A DNA stretch of 63,024 nt, counting the filler, from Stramenopiles sp. TOSAG23-3 (Eukaryota), in the NCBI GenBank assembly GCA_900128585.1. It is 15 parts of 15 records of this genome, joined end to end, with 100 filler letters (N's around TTAATTAATTAA, not from the genome) between each part and the next. Parts side by side here need not be neighbours in the genome. Positions count along the whole stretch, not along the records: positions 33,752 to 37,851 come from LT643949.1; positions 37,952 to 42,050 come from LT643950.1; positions 42,151 to 46,247 come from LT643951.1; 12 more parts are not named here. One strand, 5' to 3'. The position numbers and the translations under genes are program-made. The first letter of the stretch is position 1. Every line of letters starts with the position of its first letter. Positions 33,756-43,668 of this stretch are shown piece after piece. A model generated the notes under the pieces. That model ran no database searches. It had not been told where the DNA came from and was given only the letters and a program-made list of their open reading frames with translations.

Positions 33756-36700
33756 GAGTAAAATTCTGAACCTGCGGGAAGGGTCGTATTCCTATGCTAA
33801 ATGAATCCTATATAAAGTATATGATTATTTTTATCTTCAAGTACAAGCTATTCCACGTGGCGAACGCGAGAGGCTCCTCACATTCACTATTCGCGAACGA
33901 TCTTCATCTTTCCTCATCCATCTTCCCATTATAATGCGTACTAATCATCGTGCGCAATATTTACATTTATTCTGCAAACTTACCGAACCCGTGCGGCACC
34001 GACCTGCCCTCGGTTACGAACTTTCCCCAGCTTTCCCCAACTTCCTTGGGTGCTCAGGTAGTCGATACGAACCTTGTTCCAAGGTATTTGACTATCGCTG
34101 CAAATGTACTAGGATGTACCTTGCAGTTTTAGCCGTTTTCCCGGCAGATCTCATTCGAATTCCCAGGTGTCCGTATGGTGTTTGACCAAAACTCTTTTCA
34201 TGGAGTCCTTATTGAGTTTCTGGGTGCCTCTGTAGAGAATTTCGACGGAATTGAAACTTGCTGGAGACAAATACAAACATCCATATGCGGCGGCAACACA
34301 CAGTTAGGGTTAGTGTGAAAGAAAGACTCAACCGTCCCAAATATATAGACTGTGGACCTGGAAAATGCGGGTCCACTTTGGTTATCCAAGACGGTTGCAA
34401 GAAAGCAATTATGCCAAGAGAGAAATTATTGGGAAAGAAAAAGTGGGTGGAAGTTTCTTGGTCGAAAAAACAAATGCTTGCCAGGCCATCACCATTGAAC
34501 AAAGACAACAAGATTTGCAGTCGTTGTTTTGTGAAGGAAGTTTCGCTCATGAAGTCGTCGCTACGAGCAACTGAGGCTCCATCACCGTTCCAGAAGGCCG
34601 ATTTCTTCGAAAAATCCACGGCGGTCGAGTCAGTCGATGCTGGCGAAGGGTATCCCACCATCCTGGCCCGCCAGAACCGCCACACCGTGATGCGAACGCT
34701 CGACCGTGACCACCACGGCCCGTTCCCGGTCTCGCCGGCGGCCCCGAAGCCCGCCTCGGCGCGGCTGGGCGCAGACCCGACCGTTCCGGCCCCGTCGTTC
34801 GCCGCGCTTGGCGGCCAGAAACGGAAGAGAGAATTAAAGACGCCAGGCACGACTAAAATTTGTCTTCGCTGTTCCAGACTGGAGCTGAACCACTTGAGGT
34901 CAGAAGCGTTGTCGCCATCGCCGTCGTTGTCGTCGCCGCCGCTGGTTCAGACGCCAGGCTCGGCGCTCCAGAAACGGAAGAGAGAATTAAGCAGTTTGAG
35001 ATCGTTACGCCCAACCAAAATAACCCGCACTGAAGGGAATGATATGCAAGAAGCCGGCGATGTTATATGCTCTGTGATCGGCCACGCACAAAGTATCGTG
35101 CATGAGCAATCACAGAGCAGGAAATTGAAAGACAAAGCAATTGAAAATATCAAAACATTCCTTCTGCGAACCGTTAAGTCACGAGACCATGATGTTGTAT
35201 CACTTCGACATCACTTGGAAACAATAATGCTCGCAGGCCAAAGACAAGAATACTCGCAAAATGATTTTAGAGAGATCCTTGGCGTTAGTAAATTAAGCTT
35301 TGAACGGAGTAAGGCATTTGAATTAAAGGTTATTGGGCCATGCACTGAATCAACAGATCCAAATGTTTTAATTTTGTCCGATGATTTTTTGTCGACAATG
35401 CTAACGGATAAAGAAAAACATTTAACGAAGCGCTCATTTGAAATAGCAAATCCAAATTGGAAAGACAGAGTCGAAAATTTTATACAGAATAGCTGTCAAG
35501 CTTGTCCTAACTTGGATGTAAAACAACATATAGATGTTAACGGAATGGAGATTTTTTCTCATTGGGGAAGTTGTGAAGATGCTTTGAATGATCGGGGTTT
35601 CCATTGTATCAGTGCTCCGCGGTACGAACGCAAAAATACTTGGGACGAGCTTTTAAAAATGTTTACAGAAGCAAATCCAGATGTTCAGGTTAGCAAAAAG
35701 ACATTTATGTCCTGTTGTCCATTCAATGTCAAAGACGCCACGCCAAGAACGTGTCTCTGTACGTATTGCGAGGAGTTCAAAAACTATCTCCACGCCTATT
35801 CCAATCATGTAAAGGACTGCACATGCGTACATTGTACACAGAACAAGGACTTGGTGCGCCAGAAAATACAGTTATTAGATTATGAAGCTGCAAATTTTCT
35901 ATTGGACTCCACAATGTGTGAAAACAAGACGTATGAATGTGCAGAAAATTCATGTGAAAGATGCAAGTCACTTCAACTGCCCACATTTCCATTACGCCAA
36001 AGCTTTTTGTGTACTGGTTGCGTGGAGAAACCTTATATTACGGTGCAAACTTACAAGAAGGATACAGTGACAAATAAACGTGGCGCACAAAAACAAATAA
36101 CAGTTTTGAAACCACTCACAACACCACCGCAGGCGTTTTTTGAGGAATTTAGAAAAAAGATATCCTTTTACTGCTTGCATAAACATCGTGATAGAACCAC
36201 ATCATCTTGCTTCCGTCAAGATGTTAAAGAACTAGAGTGGGGTCATTTAGTCCTTGTATGCGATTATCAGATGAATTTAAGTTTGTACGCAAAGAATTCC
36301 GTTCAAGTTCAGCACTGGATAAAGCCGCAAGTGACAATCTTTCCAGTTGTACTTTATTTTCGTATGAAAGTGGGAGATAAATTTGCGCGCAAAGTTTTTA
36401 GCAAAATTTTTTTATCCGATGACCCTTTACATGATATTTATTTTGCGAAGCACTGCATTAAAAAAGCCATATCTGACTTGGAAAACAAATACGGAATACA
36501 TTTGCCCGATTCCAAATTTACCCATATTACCATCTGGTCTGATGGTGCCCCAATGCAATTTAAGCTAAAGAAGTACTTTGCATTTATTGGTGGCGCAGAT
36601 AAGAATTGGGGTACTCGTAAAGTACGAGCTCGTTATTTTGCTTCAGCACACGGGAAAGGCCCTTCTGATTCTGAAGGTGGCGCAGGCTGCAAAACTCCAG

Positions 36701-37772
36701 CAAACAATTGTATGAAAAGAGGCGAAATTGTGCATGATGCAAAGGGTTTAAAATCATTGTTGAGCGGTGAAGTTCGTAGCACCCTGAATCTGACGAAAAC
36801 AAATATAGATGCGTTTGATACAGATGAAGTTGGAACTTTAAAGATGCATGTAATTACCGATCGAGAATTTATTGTTATCCCATGGAAAGGAGGCGGCAGT
36901 GTTAACCGTTCGAAGCAAAATTTTTCTTATCCTATTCAAACATTTAAAGATTGCGTAGCAAGTACTCATGAAGTTGCAGGTGGATACACATCATTCAAGG
37001 TAGCCTTGCGTAAAGTTCCTTGCAACTGCAAGCCATGCCGCAAACACTGGGGGCTCTGTTTTGGCAGTCCGTTGTATGAGCAACATGAATGGGGATGTAG
37101 CCATTCTGAATTGCGTCCGTATCCATGTGTGGAAGATTTTCCTATATCAATTGATACACGATCATTGGATAGAGACCTGTATGAGCGAGCAAGACGGCGT
37201 GCAAACAAAGTGCAAGTCAAAAAGGTTTATGCATTTTATACTGAACAGGATACTGAAATGCTTTGGTTTGCACAAGTGCTGGAAAAACCCCGTGCGGTGG
37301 CTCGAGGAGACACGGTATGCGGTACACCTGCAACCGCTGCAAATGTTAGAGAGAAATCGTTGATAGTGAAGATTCGCTGGTTTGAAAGAAAAGAAGATGA
37401 GGCAGGCTCTGCATACTATCAACCAGAACTGCAAGATGGACATTGGCCAGAGTCATATACTTGGCTCATTAGTATGAGGTCACCCAACATTAACACTTTG
37501 ATGCCATTTGACAAAATGCCATTTTCAAATTGCGTGCGTAGAGTGCGTAGTGATTCTAGGGCTAATCTTGAACGACAAAAGTTTCGACTTAATGTCAATA
37601 AAATTCGTTCGTGTCAACAACTTATTCAACGGGATTTGGCTGCACTGACTTCGATTTTCAGTTGAGCTCGAACTCGCATGTAGAGCTGTACTTAAATATA
37701 TATTATCCTATGAATTATATAGAATTAAATCTTCATCCTGTATGCCTGTCCCGCAGGTTCAGAATTTTACTC
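33756..37772 (+). mobile_element. Complete cut-and-paste DNA transposon, Sola2-like (4017 bp)
   Basis: Perfect 24-bp TIRs GAGTAAAATTCTGAACCTGCGGGA (33756-33779 and 37749-37772) flank a single long transposase ORF; CAA lies on both outer sides. Confidence 0.85.
34258..37665 (+). CDS. DD(D/E) transposase, Sola2-like, Cys-rich
   Basis: LVCDYQMN, SDDPLHD, IWSDGAPMQFK and YFASAHGKGPSDSEGG catalytic-core motifs; CLCTYC, CTCVHC and PCNCKPC clusters. The ORF-track start is TTG; first ATG is at about 34285. Confidence 0.8.
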   Translation: MLETNTNIHMRRQHTVRVSVKERLNRPKYIDCGPGKCGSTLVIQDGCKKAIMPREKLLGKKKWVEVSWSKKQMLARPSPLNKDNKICSRCFVKEVSLMKSSLRATEAPSPFQKADFFEKSTAVESVDAGEGYPTILARQNRHTVMRTLDRDHHGPFPVSPAAPKPASARLGADPTVPAPSFAALGGQKRKRELKTPGTTKICLRCSRLELNHLRSEALSPSPSLSSPPLVQTPGSALQKRKRELSSLRSLRPTKITRTEGNDMQEAGDVICSVIGHAQSIVHEQSQSRKLKDKAIENIKTFLLRTVKSRDHDVVSLRHHLETIMLAGQRQEYSQNDFREILGVSKLSFERSKAFELKVIGPCTESTDPNVLILSDDFLSTMLTDKEKHLTKRSFEIANPNWKDRVENFIQNSCQACPNLDVKQHIDVNGMEIFSHWGSCEDALNDRGFHCISAPRYERKNTWDELLKMFTEANPDVQVSKKTFMSCCPFNVKDATPRTCLCTYCEEFKNYLHAYSNHVKDCTCVHCTQNKDLVRQKIQLLDYEAANFLLDSTMCENKTYECAENSCERCKSLQLPTFPLRQSFLCTGCVEKPYITVQTYKKDTVTNKRGAQKQITVLKPLTTPPQAFFEEFRKKISFYCLHKHRDRTTSSCFRQDVKELEWGHLVLVCDYQMNLSLYAKNSVQVQHWIKPQVTIFPVVLYFRMKVGDKFARKVFSKIFLSDDPLHDIYFAKHCIKKAISDLENKYGIHLPDSKFTHITIWSDGAPMQFKLKKYFAFIGGADKNWGTRKVRARYFASAHGKGPSDSEGGAGCKTPANNCMKRGEIVHDAKGLKSLLSGEVRSTLNLTKTNIDAFDTDEVGTLKMHVITDREFIVIPWKGGGSVNRSKQNFSYPIQTFKDCVASTHEVAGGYTSFKVALRKVPCNCKPCRKHWGLCFGSPLYEQHEWGCSHSELRPYPCVEDFPISIDTRSLDRDLYERARRRANKVQVKKVYAFYTEQDTEMLWFAQVLEKPRAVARGDTVCGTPATAANVREKSLIVKIRWFERKEDEAGSAYYQPELQDGHWPESYTWLISMRSPNINTLMPFDKMPFSNCVRRVRSDSRANLERQKFRLNVNKIRSCQQLIQRDLAALTSIFS

Positions 37773-37951
37773 CAAATACCTACATAAACGCCATTAATTT
37801 GTTTTAAAATAAAAAAAATGGTCACATGAAGGAATGTAAACCTTGAATGTCNNNNNNNNNNNNNNNNNNNNNNNNNNNNNNNNNNNNNNNNNNNNTTAAT
37901 TAATTAANNNNNNNNNNNNNNNNNNNNNNNNNNNNNNNNNNNNNNNNNNNN

Positions 37952-38993
37952 CGATCCCATCGACAACAGGAAGGATGGTGCAGAGGGAGGCGGAGATTTC
38001 GACGACGATCCCGGTCGAGCGGCCCGTCGACAAGAGCCCGAGGTACGGCGCGGAGACGACGCAGAGGGCCGGAACGTTAAACGTTTCGAACATGATCTGG
38101 ACCAGCCGCTCCCGGCTCGTGGAGGGCGTCAGTGGCGTGTCCGCCATGACGACCGGGTGCTCTTCGGGGACAACGCGCAACTCGTTATAAAAGCAGTGCC
38201 ACATTACCTTTTCAAAGTCGTCAAAGTTGCGCACCATCCCCCGTTGCACGGGGTACTTAAGCGAGAGGACCCCACGCTTGCTTTGTGCCTCGTCCCCGAT
38301 GTAGGCGTCCTTCTGGTCCATACCAACCATTATTCCGTGGTGCTTCGGCCGGCCGACGATTGACGGGAACACGGCTCGCGGGGCATCATCCCCCCCAAAA
38401 CCCGCCTGCGTCATGTCTTCCCGTGGGACCACCACGATGACCTCTCCCGTGCCTTCGGGGAACTGGACCGGGTTGTCTAGGGCCAGGGCCGCCGTCGTCC
38501 GGGCGTACCGCTGGAACCCCGGCTCTTGCAACCCTTTGCGCAGGAGCGTTCGGAATGCTTCCACGGCCTCGCCCGAGAGGGCTGTTTTGCTCACCAGTTT
38601 CCGCTCGACCGCCTCGTTCTGTCTGACAACGTCGTCGAACCGTCTGGCCGCCCCGGGCTTGTTCCGTGGCTGTTGCCTGCTGGTCGTCCCGCAGGCCCCG
38701 CGCCGTTTTCCCGTCCTGTTCTCCTGCAGGCACTCGTTGACCAAGGCCTTCATCGCGCGCTTGAACTCATGACGTGGGCTTGTGGCGGCCGGGGAGGCGC
38801 CCTCTTCTTCCTCCTCCATTTCCAGCTTCCAAACCTCGGCCTGCTCTTTGGCACACGATGCGATCCCGTCGGCAAGGTCTTCAGCGTAAATGTTTTCCTG
38901 TTCCGCCGCGTCTTCGTTTTGCACGAAGAGGAACGTGGACCCCAGCTTCAGGGCAGGAGAGGGGGTGGTGGTGGAGGGAAGGAAGGACGACAT
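37952..38993 (-). CDS. Divergent actin-related protein with ~185-aa N-terminal extension, 3'-truncated
   Basis: [77 protein letters not shown] is near-canonical actin, preceded in frame by non-actin sequence. Confidence 0.85.
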
Positions 38994-40656
38994 GTTGAAT
39001 GGTGAAAGTTGTTCGTTTGTTTTCAATTTGTTTGTGAAACGGTTGGTTATATTTATATCTTGTTGCATCAAAAGGTACGTTAAATTTGTTGTAGATTCTT
39101 TTTTATTCGAAAGGAAGAGTCGCGAAGAAGGGCGGTGTGTGTGTGTGTGTGACTGTATGTGCGTGCGTACACAGTGAAGTTGTGCCGTAGGCGCGTGAGA
39201 GACGACGGCGACGAGACGAGCGAAGAAGCATCAAGATTAAATTTTTATTGTTATTCTTATGCTGTGTTCCTGTCTATTTGGTCGACTGTGGAGGATGGGT
39301 AAAAAAAGAGAAAAGGAGAATCTTTTTTGGTAATAATATATCAACACAGCATTGCAGCATCTATATTTCAATGTCAAGGAATTTGCAAAGAATTAAATCC
39401 TCGATTCCTTCTCTCTGTCCCTATTATTTTATTTTGTTTTTCGATAAAAAGAAAAAAGTATTATTTTTTGTTTTTGTCAATGCTGTATCGATATACGATA
39501 TTATTATACCATAATACAGTGTGTAAGATGGTAATAAGTACGTCACTTGAGTTTTAAAAAAATCGTTTTATATATAGACAGAGCATTGAAGAATTGGTTC
39601 TTCAATAATTCTATATCCTATTCATCACTTCTTAGTATACGTAAAGTTATACATAAGTATATATATTCCTGAAATATTTATTATGAAACCAAATCCTATT
39701 TTATTTACTCCTTTACTACCTTTACTCCTTGTACTACTCTTTGGTGTTTTTTTTATCAATCACACAACAACCGTTTTCATCTTTCAATGAATTAGAAGCT
39801 AATATATTGAATAGTGAGTTAGTTAGTTATAATAGAATGTCACACTATTATAGCCTAATAATATATAATCTAAATAAATAAATAATGAAGTATAACGAAC
39901 TGTATCAAAAGAGAACGTTAATTAATTCACCACGAACGAAACAACAATTCTTTTAAAAATTAAGGTTTTAATTTGTACATTGACATATCCGATACATTCA
40001 TCCATCATTCTTACCATAGATAGAAAAACGACGAAACAAAACATAAATAGTAATCCTGAACTTTAAACTCCTTATTTGCATGAAATTTATTCCTTCAAAA
40101 ATGTAACGCATTTATTTTTAGTTTTTAAAAGATTAAAATTGCTTCCTTCATTCATAAACTAATTTACCGGTAAAGAAAGGGACAGAGGGAAGGGAATAAA
40201 ACCAATCAATCAACTTAAATGGTAAAACATCCAATGCTGTATGAGCAAGAACGATTATCTATAATTCCAATACAGTGGCATTAGGGCTATTCGTATGGGA
40301 TTGTTTGTACATTATACTCTTTCTTTCTATCTAGGAGGAATATTATTATAAAATAAAATATGGTCAGCAAGTAAGAAGGTCATATTTATGCCATCACAGC
40401 ATAAAGTTTTTCTTTCTCCCTCTCTGTTGTTTCTACACGAACGTACATAAATAACACTAACAGATCATCATCACTCATTACACCTTTATTCCAAATGCCA
40501 AATTCTACTATTGTATCAATTCCATTCCATTCACCACACGCACACAAAACCTTTCTTCTTGAGTTGGAAAGAAACACTTCCACCTTGCCCCATTTCTCTC
40601 AATCGTTCACCAACACGCCTGCTTATTTTAACGCCCCCCATCGACATAGTCTAAAC

Positions 40657-41280
40657 ATGTTTCGTGCCGTTCTGATTGCGAGCTTTCTCGCTGCCAGCGC
40701 CATGGCCGCAGGCGACTGTTACTTGCGCCAGAACACCACCAGCTTTGGCGACGCGTCGACGTCCGACCAGAGCGCCTCGAAGGTCGCAAAGAAACCGTTC
40801 CCGTCGTTGACCCAATGCTACAAATACAACACCGAATCGTGCTGCGTAAGCGGCCATGACCAAGAAATCGCAGAACAGTTTAAAAGCCATTTGAGCGACA
40901 CCTGTCTCCGAGAGTTCCCGGAGCTGGAAGTGTTCATGTGCTTTGGGTGCAACCCCGACCAGCCCAAGTTTGTCGACTTGGCCAAAAAGGAGATCCGGAT
41001 CTGCAAAGGTTTCGCCAAGGCGCTCTTCGACACGGACAGGACCCAATACGATGCGTGCGGGCTGAGACTATCCGGTTCGAGCTCCTTTTTCTTACCAAGT
41101 TTTCACTACAAAAACAGTGCATCCTTTTTAAACGCTTTCAAGCCCCCTCTCTTTAGCGATTTTACGATCGTCCTTACGGATGACGGCGACGATTGCTTCA
41201 CAAATAGTGTCGGAAAAGTCATGGTCTCCTTCGGAGCCATCGCCCTCGTCCTGGCCAGCACCATGGTGAACTTGTTGTAA
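40657..41280 (+). CDS. Secreted/GPI-anchored folate-receptor-family protein
   Basis: Signal peptide MFRAVLIASFLAASAMA; C.KYNTESCC..C..FMCFGCNPDQP..RICKGFA..YDACG Cys pattern; hydrophobic C-terminus. Confidence 0.75.
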   Translation: MFRAVLIASFLAASAMAAGDCYLRQNTTSFGDASTSDQSASKVAKKPFPSLTQCYKYNTESCCVSGHDQEIAEQFKSHLSDTCLREFPELEVFMCFGCNPDQPKFVDLAKKEIRICKGFAKALFDTDRTQYDACGLRLSGSSSFFLPSFHYKNSASFLNAFKPPLFSDFTIVLTDDGDDCFTNSVGKVMVSFGAIALVLASTMVNLL

Positions 41281-41583
41281 AAAAAATATGCGCGCGCGGA
41301 CGCCAACAAACACACGCACAAAAATTACAACATTTCTTAAAAAAACGCCTCGGGAGGGGGGCTGGCTGCTGGTGCGAACAAAATTTGCCATCTCTGCCAA
41401 AAGCCGACAGAGATCGAGAGAGGGTTTGCTGTCAATTTTAAGCACCGCCCACCAGCCACGTATTGCTGGCCGTTCAAGTTCCGTGTAACGTTTGAGACAG
41501 ATTTTTTTATTATTTAAAAAATATATTTTAGAAAACAAATTAACGTACAACACACTACACCTTCCGTTTCAATCTCTCTCTAC

Positions 41584-42050
41584 TCACTTCTTGGAGGCCG
41601 CGATCCCGTCCGCCGCGGCGGCAACGTTCAAGTGACCCTTCGCGATGGCCGCCTTGGCCTTCAGCTCGTCGAGCTCGGCCTCCGCCTTCGCGGTGGCCTC
41701 CCCGACCGAGACGGCCGAGTTTTGGAGGGAAGTTATCTGGGCCTCGGCCTCGTTGGCCGCGGGTTCGTAATCGGGGAAGTCTGGCATTCCGGTCCCCGCA
41801 GTCCTAAATTTAATCTTTTTCAGCATCAGCTTCGCCAGCTTGAGCTCGGCCTCCAGGGCGAGTAGCAAACGCTTCGAGGCCGCGGCCCGGCTGGTCGCTT
41901 TCCTGGTCGTCTTCAGGGCGGTGGCGCCCTCGACGTCCCCGGTCGCGGGGTCACTGACGTACGCCGCCATCTCCTTGGTGATGTTGGCAGCGCGGGCAAT
42001 TTGCTCTACCACATCCTTTTTCACGAGCTTGGTTCTGTTCTTAAGGCTTC
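41584..42050 (-). CDS. C-terminal fragment of an Ala/Glu/Lys-rich coiled-coil protein
   Basis: GC-rich open frame from the contig edge to the stop at 41584; heptad-like composition. Confidence 0.5.
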
Positions 42051-42355
42051 NNNNNNNNNNNNNNNNNNNNNNNNNNNNNNNNNNNNNNNNNNNNTTAATT
42101 AATTAANNNNNNNNNNNNNNNNNNNNNNNNNNNNNNNNNNNNNNNNNNNNAATTCAGTGTCGATATATAATATAGGGAAGAATATTTTTAGTTCTTCATT
42201 CAATTTTTTTGTGTTTTTTTAATTTTTATAATTTATTGTCAGTGCGTGAAACAACATTTCTGGTTGAAAGATTTTTAATTCCTCTGGTAACCTTTTTTGA
42301 AGGGATAAACTGGGCAGACAGAGTATATTTTTTAATTGCGAAGGCGAAGTTTGAC

Positions 42356-43507
42356 ATGGTACGACCGGGTAGTCCAGAACGCTCGTTCCAATGCCATGAC
42401 TATATGTGCGCCCTCATCTACCCGATATTTTTTGTTGTTTTCTCCGGAATTGTGTCGTGCTCAGTTTTGTATGTTTCGCATCGTTCGTTACTTGGTCAAA
42501 CGGATGCATCTGAAGAGACATTGGACGAGGGATCAAAAAATGGCTGGTGGTTCAATTTTAAGAACCGCAATTATTCTGGTCTCGCCGTTTTCGGGTGGGC
42601 CTCCTTGTTCTATGTCCCCTACCTGGCCCTAGTCGCCGTCGTGCAGTTTTATTTCCAAGGGAAATCTTGCGTCTTTTGCTGTGCCCCTACATGCAGCGCT
42701 CCTGTTGATAAAAAAGCGACAAAAAAAATTGCAATCGTGCACATGGTTGGCATCGGCTTTGCATTTTTCGCCGTGATCATCGGCGGTGCGTTGGGTGTGG
42801 AACGTTTTAATAACAGTATTTTATCCGCCCAAGGGGGAATACACACTAATATGGATCCTACGAAGCCTTTGGACAAAAAGATCAAGGGTGGAATAATTCA
42901 ATTCAAAGCGGGCTCATTCCTGAACATGAAACAAACGGGTGTGTATTACCAGAAAGAATCTAGGGATTCCCCTTGGCTCAGCATCGCTGCCATTCCTATC
43001 ATCCAAGACACACAACAAACAAACATTTTTTATTGGGGCGGGGGCTGCTGGCAAAACTCCGAATGTGTAAGAGTCATTGCCCCACGAATATGGTTTCGTC
43101 TAGGTATAACCAGGCCGAAATGGAAGGGGAATGGGACTGTCTGCGAACGTTGGCGGCGGGTCAGTTCCGCTAAAAAGGGGAAAAAATCAAACCTAACCAT
43201 GGGCGTCATTCTGCGAAACGCACCGAATTGTAACCCACGGGGCGCTCGCATAGAAGCGACTTCCAAGTTTAAATTGAAGACGGACCAAAACAACGCTGTG
43301 ACTGTTCGTGTTCACGAGGATCCTGAGGCGCTGATCAAGATGATGGCTCTTGCTGGACTGCGTGGTATGATAATTCCGGTTGCAATTGCCCATGCAATAT
43401 ATCTAGTCACCCTGTTCGTGGCCATCATGCATGTCCTTCGAAAGCCTCCGGATGCTCAAGGGTCGTACCAACCCGTATCCTCGAACGATGACTCTGAAGA
43501 AGCGTGA
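42356..43507 (+). CDS. Hypothetical multi-pass membrane protein (3 TM + luminal domain + C-terminal TM)
   Basis: 383-aa ORF from ATG 42356 with four hydrophobic segments; no family recognised. Confidence 0.65.
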   Translation: MVRPGSPERSFQCHDYMCALIYPIFFVVFSGIVSCSVLYVSHRSLLGQTDASEETLDEGSKNGWWFNFKNRNYSGLAVFGWASLFYVPYLALVAVVQFYFQGKSCVFCCAPTCSAPVDKKATKKIAIVHMVGIGFAFFAVIIGGALGVERFNNSILSAQGGIHTNMDPTKPLDKKIKGGIIQFKAGSFLNMKQTGVYYQKESRDSPWLSIAAIPIIQDTQQTNIFYWGGGCWQNSECVRVIAPRIWFRLGITRPKWKGNGTVCERWRRVSSAKKGKKSNLTMGVILRNAPNCNPRGARIEATSKFKLKTDQNNAVTVRVHEDPEALIKMMALAGLRGMIIPVAIAHAIYLVTLFVAIMHVLRKPPDAQGSYQPVSSNDDSEEA

Positions 43508-43668
43508 CCAGCTTAACTTAAAATATCAGATAAAAATAACTTTTTAATAAGCATATTATATAAGGAATTCAGATTAAAGTTTTTTTTTTCAAAATTGGCT
43601 GTTAAAGAAGTTAAATCTAAATTTCTCTCGTAAACACACTCTTAACAGCACTCCGTGTATATTGGTTT

